A stretch of DNA of 31,073 bases from a virus: the IMG/VR virus record IMGVR_UViG_3300026518_000007, positions 68,253-99,325 of that record. One strand, given 5' to 3'. The notes beneath the pieces are model-generated. The model saw nothing but the letters and a program-made list of their open reading frames with translations. It was not told where the DNA came from and ran no database searches. Shown here one piece after another: positions 10,227 through 19,327 of this stretch. The translations under genes were made by a program, and so were the position numbers. Each line of letters starts with the position of its first letter. Within the stretch, counting starts at the first letter, position 1.

Positions 10227-11597
10227 ATGAGTGAAAGAAGACTAAGTCTTTTAGATAAGGAAGCCATGGATATAATGAAAGATGCTAAACCTTTCATATT
10301 ACCATCCATAACTGCTATCTTACATACAGTAGATAAAGATATAAATATAACGCATTTTATTAATCTTAGAGTAGAGTCTAATTTTAATAATAATATAACA
10401 GATTTAATATATGTAGAATTTGTTATAGGTTTAGGTATGTTTAAAGAGCTTATTTTTAATAATAAAGATAAGTTAGAGATGACTATACTATTGGAAAATG
10501 ATTATATCAAAAATGCTAATACTGTAAGCAGTGGTTATAAATCTAAATTTAATAAAAATAATAGATATAAGTTTATTTTAATAAACAGTTTTAAGGATAG
10601 TAATAAGTCATCACAAGATGCATTTGACCCTGCTGAATTAGATAAGCAAGAGATAGTTACTATTAAAGGTCAGTTAGTGGACCCTTTATTATTAGCTCTT
10701 AAGAATATTTTTATAAGCGGATGTTACCATGATGTTAGTTTAAATAGTTTAGTAAAAGCTATCTTTAATAGGGAGTTAACTAAAGTTAAAGTTTTAGGAA
10801 GACCACTATCATATAGATTAAATGTAGTTGATTTTGATAATACTGAAGTATATAGAAATATTAAGATAGACCCATTTACTAAATTAATTAAGTTACCCTA
10901 TACATTACAAAATGATTCATATGGTATTTATAATAACGGCATAGGACTATACTTTACTAATATGCGTGAAACTGATAAGTTTAAATATGATATAAATATA
11001 TATCCATTATTCGATTTTAATTTATTTAATACTATTGAAAAACGGGCTAAACTTATATTCTATAATCCTAAGATAGATTCACTAGGAGTTAATGAATACA
11101 ACTTCTTATATAGACATGGTATTTATAAAACTATAGTTACTGATATAGAGTTTAAAGAGGAGTTAGAAAAAGATAGATTTAAGAATGGTACAGGACTTAT
11201 AGAGAGTTTCTCTACTAATACTACTAATACGGATATGTTTGATATAACTGATGATACTATTAGTTATTTCGATAGTGCAGCATATTCTATTATTAACTAC
11301 AATAATGAAATAGCTGATTATAGTTCTTTTAATAATACTAACTTAGACGCTAATACATATAGACATCAGTCTTCTATTAATAAAAACAAAGGTCGTATAG
11401 GTGTAATGAAGTTTCCTAAACTAAATCCTGAAAATATATATCCATATATGCCTTTTAAATATGTATTTTTAAAGAATGGTAAAGTCATGGAGACCACAGG
11501 TACTATACAACAAGTTAGTTATTTCTACGATTATATAAATAAAACATCAGTAGTTGTAGTTATAGGACTATTTAATATGCTAAATGAAGAGGAGTAA
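10227..11597 (+). CDS. phiKZ gp101-like virion protein (probable baseplate hub)
   Basis: 456 aa. YGIYNNGIGLYF...IYPLFD and NPENIYPYMPFKY...GTIQQV match my recollection of the gp101 family; the hub function is inferred. Confidence 0.6.
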   Translation: MSERRLSLLDKEAMDIMKDAKPFILPSITAILHTVDKDINITHFINLRVESNFNNNITDLIYVEFVIGLGMFKELIFNNKDKLEMTILLENDYIKNANTVSSGYKSKFNKNNRYKFILINSFKDSNKSSQDAFDPAELDKQEIVTIKGQLVDPLLLALKNIFISGCYHDVSLNSLVKAIFNRELTKVKVLGRPLSYRLNVVDFDNTEVYRNIKIDPFTKLIKLPYTLQNDSYGIYNNGIGLYFTNMRETDKFKYDINIYPLFDFNLFNTIEKRAKLIFYNPKIDSLGVNEYNFLYRHGIYKTIVTDIEFKEELEKDRFKNGTGLIESFSTNTTNTDMFDITDDTISYFDSAAYSIINYNNEIADYSSFNNTNLDANTYRHQSSINKNKGRIGVMKFPKLNPENIYPYMPFKYVFLKNGKVMETTGTIQQVSYFYDYINKTSVVVVIGLFNMLNEEE

Positions 11598-11600
11598 TAT

Positions 11601-11918
11601 ATGCAGGTTATTAAAAATAAAGAGCAGTTAAGTATTATTATATCGGATAATAATAAGTTTATTACTGATATAACTAACACGATGACTGATATAGGAGTTA
11701 TAGATAATATGGCTCCTAATTTTAAACAAAAAGTATTCGATAATTTATTAGAATTAAAGCTTTTAAAACTAATAGGTGAAAGGTATGAATTAGAGTATAA
11801 TACACCGCACTATTTAAAATTAAAATTAAATAATGAAGTATATAAGTATCTAATCGTTAATATTAAGAATGATGATATCGGTAACGGATTAATGATAAGC
11901 AAAACACTACAAGGATAA
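11601..11918 (+). CDS. Hypothetical protein
   Basis: 105 aa, GAGGAG SD, 3 nt after the upstream stop codon. Confidence 0.65.
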   Translation: MQVIKNKEQLSIIISDNNKFITDITNTMTDIGVIDNMAPNFKQKVFDNLLELKLLKLIGERYELEYNTPHYLKLKLNNEVYKYLIVNIKNDDIGNGLMISKTLQG

Positions 11919-11939
11919 AACCTTGTAGTGTATGCTTAT
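11895..11939. terminator. Bidirectional terminator-like hairpin between convergent genes
   Basis: ACACTACAAGG-ataaaa-CCTTGTAGTGT (11904-11931) with outer ATAAGCA/TGCTTAT arms. Confidence 0.75.
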
Positions 11940-11940
11940 T

Positions 11941-12492
11941 TTAATAATCTAAAAAATCATCTTCTATCTCATCTTTAGTTTCAGTAACCGTTTTATTGCT
12001 TTTTACTCTATGTGAATAATCATTATATATTTTACTTAAAGTATCTCTGAAGTCATTTATATATGATTTATCTTCTTTAAGAGTTTTTTCTACTATATTT
12101 AAGTTTTTATTAAGTTGGCTATTGGCCATTCTAGGATTAGACTCTACTGTATTATTAAACGTATTAACTATCTTCCTAAAGTTAATCTTATTCTCATCCG
12201 TTTTAAGACTACTTATTAAAGGAGGTAATTTATATAATAGTTTATCCCCGTCCATTACTTTTAAACCTACTCTATATTTTTTAGATAAGTTTAAAAAATT
12301 ACTATTAAAGATAGCAGTATTTTCATCAGTATGTTCTATCTCTTTTATTATATAAGGTAATAAGTATGTTTCAAACTCTTGTAGCGTTATAACTTCATAA
12401 GGTTCCGCTATTTCTTTTAAATTAAGAGAAAGTTCTCTTAAAACCTCCATCTCTTCATCGCGTTCCTGCTGTAATACATCATTTAAGCTCAT
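11941..12492 (-). CDS. Conserved phiKZ-like phage hypothetical protein
   Basis: 183 aa. EFETYLLPY and VMDGDKLLYKLPPL resemble a conserved protein found upstream of sbcD in phiKZ-like phages; acidic C-terminus; 4-nt overlap with the upstream gene. Confidence 0.6.
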   Translation of the reverse strand: MSLNDVLQQERDEEMEVLRELSLNLKEIAEPYEVITLQEFETYLLPYIIKEIEHTDENTAIFNSNFLNLSKKYRVGLKVMDGDKLLYKLPPLISSLKTDENKINFRKIVNTFNNTVESNPRMANSQLNKNLNIVEKTLKEDKSYINDFRDTLSKIYNDYSHRVKSNKTVTETKDEIEDDFLDY

Positions 12493-12911
12493 GTGTTTTC
12501 TCCTTGTAGAAAGTATTCTATTTTTTCATCAAAAGTTTTAACTTTATAATCAGTGACATTAACGCTTTTACTTAGCGTATGTGTTTTACCATTTTCTATA
12601 ATAGTTATGTCTATATTTATATTATTACTATGTTTATTAGGACTTATTTTTTTAGTAGTAAAACTAACTTCTACATTAGTATTAGTCCAGTATCTAGAAC
12701 ACATTTTATTTAATGTATCTTTTACTAATATTTTAAGCTCTTCAAAATCTGAACCAGCTTCTCGTATTAAGTAAGGTAGGCTAGCGATATTTCCATAAAA
12801 ACTTACAGATTGTGAATAGTCTGATGATAAGAAATACTCATAAATTTTTATAAGCATGATGGAAGGGTCTGTTACAAAACCATCGGTAGTTAACGTTGGT
12901 ACAGCTTTCAT
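12489..12911 (-). CDS. Conserved phiKZ-like protein (possible gp25-like baseplate wedge fold)
   Basis: 140 aa, AGGAG SD. VPTLTTDGFVTDP...YFLSSDYSQS...GNIASLPYLI resembles a conserved phiKZ-like family; the gp25-like fold is inferred from the helix-helix-strand pattern. Confidence 0.55.
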   Translation of the reverse strand: MKAVPTLTTDGFVTDPSIMLIKIYEYFLSSDYSQSVSFYGNIASLPYLIREAGSDFEELKILVKDTLNKMCSRYWTNTNVEVSFTTKKISPNKHSNNINIDITIIENGKTHTLSKSVNVTDYKVKTFDEKIEYFLQGENT

Positions 12912-12955
12912 ATTGGTATTCTCCTATTATTATTTTAATCAAAAAAAGGCAAGGT

Positions 12956-14050
12956 ATGTTTAAATCTTTAATATTATCAGATATACATTTAGGACACGAT
13001 ACTAATAAAACAGAGGATATTATTTTTAATTTAAGAAGATTCTTTAAAAAATATAAAAGCATTATTATTAAACAGGACGCTATTATTATATCTGGTGATA
13101 TTTATGATAAGTTACTATCAAGCGTATCGTACGATAATATTATAATTAATAAATGGCTAACTGAGTTAGTATTATTCTGTAAGGATTATGGTATTAAATT
13201 AAGAATATTAGAAGGTACGCCCGGACATGACTGGAAACAGGTTAAGAATATATTTAATATCATTAATGATTTAAATATAGATATAGATATTAAGTATTTC
13301 GAAGAGTTAGATATAGAATATATGGAAGATAAAGGTATCTATATTCTCTATGTACCTGATGAATGGAAACCTACTTCTAAAGAGATATTAACAGATGTAC
13401 ATAGAAAACTTTTAGAGTATAAAATTGATAAGGTAGATATAGCTATCATGCATGGGGCTTTTAGTTATCAGTTACCTGTTAAATTAGAAGATACATTAGA
13501 GCCTGAAGATTATTTAAAAATAGTTAAAGGACCTATCGTTATAGGACACGTTCATAATAGGTCTTATTATAAACGTATCGTAGTACCGGGTAGTTTCGAT
13601 GCTCTTACACATAGCGATGATGATTTAGTCAAAGGCGGATTACTTATAACGTATGATAAAAATAAATTTACATTTAAATATTTAGATAATGATAATGCTT
13701 TAACATTTAAAACATTTATATTAAAAGATAATGACATTAGAGAGGTAGATGATATATTAAAAAAACTTCCTAAAGATAAAAAACTTAATATAAGATTTAA
13801 AATAACTTCAGATATTAATTTAAATAGTAATTTATTAGAGTTAAAATCTAAATATCCTAATATAAAAATAAAATTTGAGAAGAATAAAAAAGATAAAGAG
13901 AAAGTAGATGAGCCTAAAACATTTATTAAAAAAAGAATTAATTTAGATAAAAAAGAGATATTGAATTATGTTAATGATAGAATAAGTAATGATACCGATA
14001 TAGATGCTGAAATAGTATTAAAAGAGTTATATAAAGTACTAAATGATTAA
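12956..14050 (+). CDS. sbcD: SbcD/Mre11-like metallophosphoesterase nuclease (phiKZ gp65-like)
   Basis: Start moved to ATG 12956. Motifs SDIHLG, SGDIYD, EGTPGHD, IMHG and GHVH...VPGSFD; 364 aa. Confidence 0.9.
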   Translation: MFKSLILSDIHLGHDTNKTEDIIFNLRRFFKKYKSIIIKQDAIIISGDIYDKLLSSVSYDNIIINKWLTELVLFCKDYGIKLRILEGTPGHDWKQVKNIFNIINDLNIDIDIKYFEELDIEYMEDKGIYILYVPDEWKPTSKEILTDVHRKLLEYKIDKVDIAIMHGAFSYQLPVKLEDTLEPEDYLKIVKGPIVIGHVHNRSYYKRIVVPGSFDALTHSDDDLVKGGLLITYDKNKFTFKYLDNDNALTFKTFILKDNDIREVDDILKKLPKDKKLNIRFKITSDINLNSNLLELKSKYPNIKIKFEKNKKDKEKVDEPKTFIKKRINLDKKEILNYVNDRISNDTDIDAEIVLKELYKVLND

Positions 14051-14068
14051 TTCCAATATTAGATATAC

Positions 14069-14083
14069 ATATATTACTAATAT
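14069..14083 (+). promoter_or_regulatory. Putative early promoter (TATATTAC core)
   Basis: ATATATTACTAATAT, identical to 21855-21869; followed by the hairpin GATACTA-agg-TAGTATC (14085-14101). Confidence 0.7.
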
Positions 14084-14131
14084 AGATACTAAGGTAGTAT
14101 CAATAATTTAAAATAAATAAAGGATGTTATA

Positions 14132-14374
14132 ATGGAAAATGAGTATGAAATAAAACCAGTAGTAGAAACTGAATACGAGTTTGTCAGTAGAGAATTAACT
14201 AAAGATAAGTTACATCTTATGGATTTAATATCGTTAGCAGTTATAGGCGAACGTTTTAAGCATAGTTATAAGAAGCAATATAGAAAGAATGTACTTAAAT
14301 GGGATAAAGTTATAGATGATGATAAAATATTAGATTTCATATCTGAGATTAGTCCTATCATACGAGCAATGTGA
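14132..14374 (+). CDS. Small hypothetical protein (probably early)
   Basis: 80 aa, AAGGA SD, directly downstream of the early promoter motif. Confidence 0.7.
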   Translation: MENEYEIKPVVETEYEFVSRELTKDKLHLMDLISLAVIGERFKHSYKKQYRKNVLKWDKVIDDDKILDFISEISPIIRAM

Positions 14375-14375
14375 T

Positions 14376-14612
14376 ATGGTTAAAGTACGTAACATAGATG
14401 AACTTGGTAATATGCTTCATGAGGGATTCTGTTCTGAATTTGTACATATGGAATATATGATTAAACAAGATATTTTAATATGTAAAGATATGGATGGTAA
14501 GATAACCGCATCACCTCTAGTTGATGAGACTTATACTACTTTAATCCCATTAAAAAATATTAAAGAGTTAGTAGAGAATGGTTCTATCTATAAAAAACCA
14601 TATATGTTTTAA
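14376..14612 (+). CDS. Small hypothetical protein
   Basis: 78 aa, 1 nt after the upstream stop (translational coupling); fills the gap to the next gene. Confidence 0.65.
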   Translation: MVKVRNIDELGNMLHEGFCSEFVHMEYMIKQDILICKDMDGKITASPLVDETYTTLIPLKNIKELVENGSIYKKPYMF

Positions 14613-14621
14613 GGAAAGAAG

Positions 14622-15455
14622 ATGAGTACATTATTAGACACTGATGCTATATCTACTTTAGGTTGTAATATAGCCACAGGTATCATTTTAGAAAATATAG
14701 CCGATAAAGACATTAAAGGTAAAATCTATTATCTTAATATTAAAACACTATATCGTAATTATATTAATTGTTTATCTGGTAAGACAGATGATAAAGTTAG
14801 ACTGCTTAAAAATAAATCTTTACTTAATAAAGTATATGATGGATTTATAGAGGATACTAAAATAGTAGTAGATGCTATTATTAATATGGGGATGGAGCCT
14901 GTTTTATATAATCCCGATTATAAAGAAGTAACTAAATTTTATAATAAGAGATATAATAACTTTAAGAGTTATGATGATTTTACAGGAGTTAAGTATTTTA
15001 TACTAATAACTGAAGAGAGAGCTATTTTTAAAGTCATGGAATTATTTAAAGGCGTTGTTAAAAAGACAACTCATAAATTACCATATTTTAAAGATATGTT
15101 CATAACTTCACACATAGGTTTAGACTTACTTAATTACGTGAATAAGAGAGATGTGATTCTTTTAGAGAGTCATACCGGTGTGATGAAAAAATATGATATG
15201 TGGTATACTAAATATCACAAGATAGGTAAGTTACCTATGAATGTGTTTCCATTTACAGAGTTACTGTATGTTATATTAGGGGATGATAATTTTATAAGGC
15301 CTCTAAATATCAAAATTAGAAAAGAGATACATAAAGTAGCTATAAATAATGGTTGGTATACTAGTATGGATGGTAAGAATATTATAAATCTTATTAGGAA
15401 GTATGATATTACATTAGGTAATGAGATTAAGAGTTTATTCAAAAGTTTTTACTAG
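14622..15455 (+). CDS. phiKZ gp66-like conserved protein, possible PIN/FEN-like fold
   Basis: 277 aa. YYLNIKTLYRN, LLESHTG, WYTKY, FPFTELLYVILGDD motifs; lies between sbcD and the gp67-like gene. Confidence 0.6.
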   Translation: MSTLLDTDAISTLGCNIATGIILENIADKDIKGKIYYLNIKTLYRNYINCLSGKTDDKVRLLKNKSLLNKVYDGFIEDTKIVVDAIINMGMEPVLYNPDYKEVTKFYNKRYNNFKSYDDFTGVKYFILITEERAIFKVMELFKGVVKKTTHKLPYFKDMFITSHIGLDLLNYVNKRDVILLESHTGVMKKYDMWYTKYHKIGKLPMNVFPFTELLYVILGDDNFIRPLNIKIRKEIHKVAINNGWYTSMDGKNIINLIRKYDITLGNEIKSLFKSFY

Positions 15456-15478
15456 GATGCTTAACGGCGTTCTAGTAA
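15449..15478 (+). terminator. Stem-loop after the gp66-like gene
   Basis: TTACTAGGATGC-ttaacg-GCGTTCTAGTAA, pairs with two G:U; no immediate U-tract. Confidence 0.5.
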
Positions 15479-15541
15479 TAATGAATAGTTTTTTACAGTA
15501 TCAGTTTTTAGTGATACAGACATTAATAAAAGGAAAAAGTT

Positions 15542-16183
15542 ATGAATATAGATGTAGCATTAGCACAATTGGATTTATTTAAAGAGGCTGGAGAAAGTGA
15601 TTTCTTTAAATTTAAAATAGGTATATGGAATAGACATATGCGTATTTATATTAGCAAAGGTAACCAGAAGAAAGAAGTTAAAGATAAACTTTTATTTAAT
15701 ATGGTACTTATGCATAAGAATGCCAGAATGTTTGAGGAAGATTTTGAAACAGTTCTTAAGTCTAAAGAACCGATAAGTCTCTCTTATGAGTTACTATCAC
15801 CTACATGGGAAAATGATAAAATGGTTAAAGATGCTAAACAGTTAACCGGTAAGTTAGGTATAGCTAAAGCAAAAAATAAAGAAGGCGAGTTATTAAACAT
15901 CTTATTCGTTATAACTCCTCAAAATGTTAAATATCTATTTCCGTTATTACCAACGCCGTATGTTAAGGTATTTAAAAATAATGTGGAAGTTACGGATAAA
16001 ACACCGTTATCCAATAAATGGACATCTATGTATCATAAGACATTTAAAGCTGTTTTAGATTTAATACCTGAGGCATATAGTGAAGAAGTACCTATGGTGT
16101 ATGAAAAGAAAACGTTACCTAAAGAAACCGTAGATAAGGGAGCAGTAACTAGAAGTAATACTAACGCACTAGATAACGCATAA
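15542..16183 (+). CDS. chmC: ChmC / phiKZ gp67 (Imp6)-like nucleus-associated RNA-binding protein
   Basis: 213 aa immediately upstream of the gp68-like gene, the conserved ChmC position. Two strand-rich plus helix units (FKFKIGIWNRHMRIYI; GKLGIAKAK...NILFVIT) fit a Whirly/PC4 fold; disordered tail. Mainly a synteny call. Confidence 0.55.
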   Translation: MNIDVALAQLDLFKEAGESDFFKFKIGIWNRHMRIYISKGNQKKEVKDKLLFNMVLMHKNARMFEEDFETVLKSKEPISLSYELLSPTWENDKMVKDAKQLTGKLGIAKAKNKEGELLNILFVITPQNVKYLFPLLPTPYVKVFKNNVEVTDKTPLSNKWTSMYHKTFKAVLDLIPEAYSEEVPMVYEKKTLPKETVDKGAVTRSNTNALDNA

Positions 16184-16204
16184 AAAATAAATAAAGGAAG
16201 ATTT

Positions 16205-17752
16205 ATGAATGAGACCAAAGTAGGAATGCTTTCAGTTACTAACGTATATTCAGATACAACAGTATTAGCCACTTATAATAAAGAGGTTTTAGATTTTACT
16301 ATAGAATCTATTATAAACAGAAGACTTAGAGATGAAGTATCACCACAAAAGATGTTTACTATACTTAATGCATTTTTAAATTTTAAAGGCGAAGAGTTTA
16401 AAAGTAAATATTTTAACTTACTTAAAGTAGGTAAGAATACTATCCTACTAGAAGCTACGAAACGTGATGTATATCCGCTACCGTTAAAAATAGTACATGA
16501 TGTATTAGATATGTTTGATTTTGAAGAGATTAAAACATTCTTACGTAATACTAACTATATTAAGATACCCTCTAAATTATTAGACGTATATGATGCGTCT
16601 ATAGAGATAGATGAGAGGGGTTCTAGGGAACAGACGTATCTTAAAGATGAGTATGTAGAACTTATAGCGCTTATAACTATGCTTAAAAGTACTACAGGAC
16701 TCATAGGCGAATATGCCGCTATTAAAGATACTGTTCTTAGTAAGAACCCATATAAGGAGTATATGTTACTTACATTCTATACTACCCATCCGATATGGAA
16801 AAATCCTGCATTTGTTAAGATGGTAGATTCTGTTAAGAAACTTATAAATAGATTATTTAACGATGCAGAAAATACAGCTATCCGTATCATAGAGAAAACT
16901 ATTTCTAGAGATAGTTTACCATTATATATTACATCATTAGTAGTTATACAAAAACTATTAGTTAATAATGAACTAGATGATAATGACCTTAAGCATACTA
17001 TAACTAAGATATATAGTTTTTCTACTAATAATCTTAAGTTTAAAGATAGTTCTAGTAAGTATAAGATTAAACATCTATCTAGCGCAGATGACGGGGGAGC
17101 TGAACAAGAATCAGCTATGGAAAGTTATAGAGTAGGTACTAAATTAACTCCTGGTATTTTAGAAGAGTATCGTAATGTTTTTAGAGACCCGTATAGGGTA
17201 GCTAAACAGTTAGGCATCAAAGCTAATAGAAAACAAATATCATTAGTTTTAGATAACTTTAATAGACTTAAAGAACCATTACCTATAGAAGAAGCTATTT
17301 ATGTAGTAAGTTGGCTCTATAAAGATATAACTGACCCTAGAAGTTTTGATTATCTATTAATAGATGAACTCATCAATGCTATGGCTATAGGATATTTATA
17401 TCTTAATGAAAATGGTTATGAAGATATAGCTGCGATTATTAGTAGCTTTAGTAGTACTGAGAGTACATTTAAGTTAAACTTCTCACTTAGAAATAAGTTA
17501 GATAATGAACTTAGGAATGGACTTATAGATATCTTCAAATATGAAAGAGCTATTAAATCGGCAGGTGAAGTAAAAGTAACTAGTTATATAGAAGATATAG
17601 TTAGTGTATTTAGTAAAAGTTTAATGAAGTATAACTTAATCAGTGTTCTGGACGATGAGCTTCTTTTAGATAATAATAGAAGCGTTAAGGTTACTGAGAA
17701 TATTAAAAATAGATTATCATCTCTTATAATATTCATCAATACTGATATCTAA
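16205..17752 (+). CDS. Non-virion RNAP promoter-specificity (sigma-like) subunit, phiKZ gp68-like
   Basis: 515 aa. IKIPSKLLDVY...REQTYLKDEYVELIAL...GLIGEY and ESAMESYRV motifs recalled for the gp68 family; correct size range and synteny. Confidence 0.75.
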   Translation: MNETKVGMLSVTNVYSDTTVLATYNKEVLDFTIESIINRRLRDEVSPQKMFTILNAFLNFKGEEFKSKYFNLLKVGKNTILLEATKRDVYPLPLKIVHDVLDMFDFEEIKTFLRNTNYIKIPSKLLDVYDASIEIDERGSREQTYLKDEYVELIALITMLKSTTGLIGEYAAIKDTVLSKNPYKEYMLLTFYTTHPIWKNPAFVKMVDSVKKLINRLFNDAENTAIRIIEKTISRDSLPLYITSLVVIQKLLVNNELDDNDLKHTITKIYSFSTNNLKFKDSSSKYKIKHLSSADDGGAEQESAMESYRVGTKLTPGILEEYRNVFRDPYRVAKQLGIKANRKQISLVLDNFNRLKEPLPIEEAIYVVSWLYKDITDPRSFDYLLIDELINAMAIGYLYLNENGYEDIAAIISSFSSTESTFKLNFSLRNKLDNELRNGLIDIFKYERAIKSAGEVKVTSYIEDIVSVFSKSLMKYNLISVLDDELLLDNNRSVKVTENIKNRLSSLIIFINTDI

Positions 17753-17764
17753 TTAAAATTAGTT

Positions 17765-17779
17765 ATATATCATTAATAT
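17765..17779 (+). promoter_or_regulatory. Putative early promoter upstream of the picA-like gene
   Basis: ATATATCATTAATAT, 2 mismatches to the 14069/21855 copies, located in a 57-bp intergenic gap. Confidence 0.6.
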
Positions 17780-17809
17780 GTTAAACATAATTTAAATAAA
17801 GGAAAAGAT

Positions 17810-19312
17810 ATGAATGGACGTTATAATACAAGTACTCCTGAGAAAAGAAGAGTTATCACTAAACTGGTGTTAGCTGAATCACAGGGGTATAAAGACCAAT
17901 GGGTTAGACCATATGAAGTAAATGCTACTTTTGAGGATTTAAATAAAGTAGAGAACAGCATTATGAAAAGTATGGAGTTAGGTAATACTAAAGTAGCAGG
18001 AAGTGTATTATCATCTCTTAACCCTAACATATTAACACCATCTGCTATGGTAGGTGGTAGAGCGGATATTGTTAACGGATGGGGCGAAAAGAGATTTAAG
18101 TTTACACTCATTATAGAGTTCGCATATGCAGGCTCTAATAGCAGCATCATTAATTATGTACAGGGTTATACTAATTACCTAGGTATTAGTTTACAAGGTA
18201 CTTTAGACCCAGAAATGGTATTTTATACTAATAGTGTAAATGTACTAAGAAGAACATTTGACGCTAATACAGGACAAACAACAGTCGTACCTATAGAGAC
18301 TCTTAACATCGCTAAAGATGATAATGCAGGGCAAAGCGTTTTAAATACAAATAAGTTAGCTAGACCGGATGATTTATTAGCTGGTATAAGTAGACTTAAA
18401 GATACTGAAAATGATTATATGGTTATATCAGATATAGGTAGCTTAAAGGATGCTAATGTTGTTGATAAAACAACGTTATTACCTACGACGCATATAGCTA
18501 AGACATTAGAGTCTGCTATTAATAATAGATTAACATCTAGCGCATTTTCAGAAGCTACTAACATTATGGATAGTATGACCGCTGATTTAATATCGCCTGC
18601 TATTGAGAATATAGATTTCTTTAAATTATTAACAGTATTAAAAGGTTTCTCTACAACTACTTTTACTACTAACGATTTAAAATTTATAGACCCAACATTA
18701 GACGGTAGTAATCGCATAGCTACATTTACTGGTTTAGGTAATGGTAGGGTAGATTTACCACCTGTTTTACAATCGTCAGAGAGTGCTGAAACTTTTAATG
18801 CTGATTGGGAAACTAGAATGGCAGTTATTATACATGAAGGCGTATCGGCTATTATGGGTGAGTCATTATTAAACGATGTCTCTTTTACTATAACAAATGA
18901 ATCAGGTGCTATTGCATATAGTCCTCTAAGTGAATTTAAATCATATATAGAAGGACTTAATCTCATAGCACAGTTTGAGAAATTTATGACATTATTTATA
19001 AGTAGGGTATGGCCTACTATCTCTAATAATAATATGTCATTAGTTAAATTATTAGTAGCGGTACAAACTGAAGCGGATACTGTTATAAATATATCATTAG
19101 ATAATAGACCCGCTGTTAATTATGTATTACCTACATTCGCTAATAGCAAAACATTACCTATCATTATGGATAATAGTAAATTAGATATCATGATAGAGGA
19201 TTACGGTAGTATAGTAGATACTGCTTTAGAAGCGTCTACGCAGATGATGCAACGCTTTGGTAATAGTATATTTACAGGCAATGAAACACAACACCCGCAA
19301 TACATGGGTTAA
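17810..19312 (+). CDS. picA: PicA/Imp1 (phiKZ gp69)-like phage-nucleus protein import factor
   Basis: 500 aa. ITKLVLAESQGYKDQWVRPY, IVNGWGEKRFKF, YVQGYTN, LDPEMVFYTNS and RPDD motifs recalled for the gp69 family; directly after the gp68-like gene. Confidence 0.72.
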   Translation: MNGRYNTSTPEKRRVITKLVLAESQGYKDQWVRPYEVNATFEDLNKVENSIMKSMELGNTKVAGSVLSSLNPNILTPSAMVGGRADIVNGWGEKRFKFTLIIEFAYAGSNSSIINYVQGYTNYLGISLQGTLDPEMVFYTNSVNVLRRTFDANTGQTTVVPIETLNIAKDDNAGQSVLNTNKLARPDDLLAGISRLKDTENDYMVISDIGSLKDANVVDKTTLLPTTHIAKTLESAINNRLTSSAFSEATNIMDSMTADLISPAIENIDFFKLLTVLKGFSTTTFTTNDLKFIDPTLDGSNRIATFTGLGNGRVDLPPVLQSSESAETFNADWETRMAVIIHEGVSAIMGESLLNDVSFTITNESGAIAYSPLSEFKSYIEGLNLIAQFEKFMTLFISRVWPTISNNNMSLVKLLVAVQTEADTVINISLDNRPAVNYVLPTFANSKTLPIIMDNSKLDIMIEDYGSIVDTALEASTQMMQRFGNSIFTGNETQHPQYMG

Positions 19313-19327
19313 ACAAAGGATGCAAGT

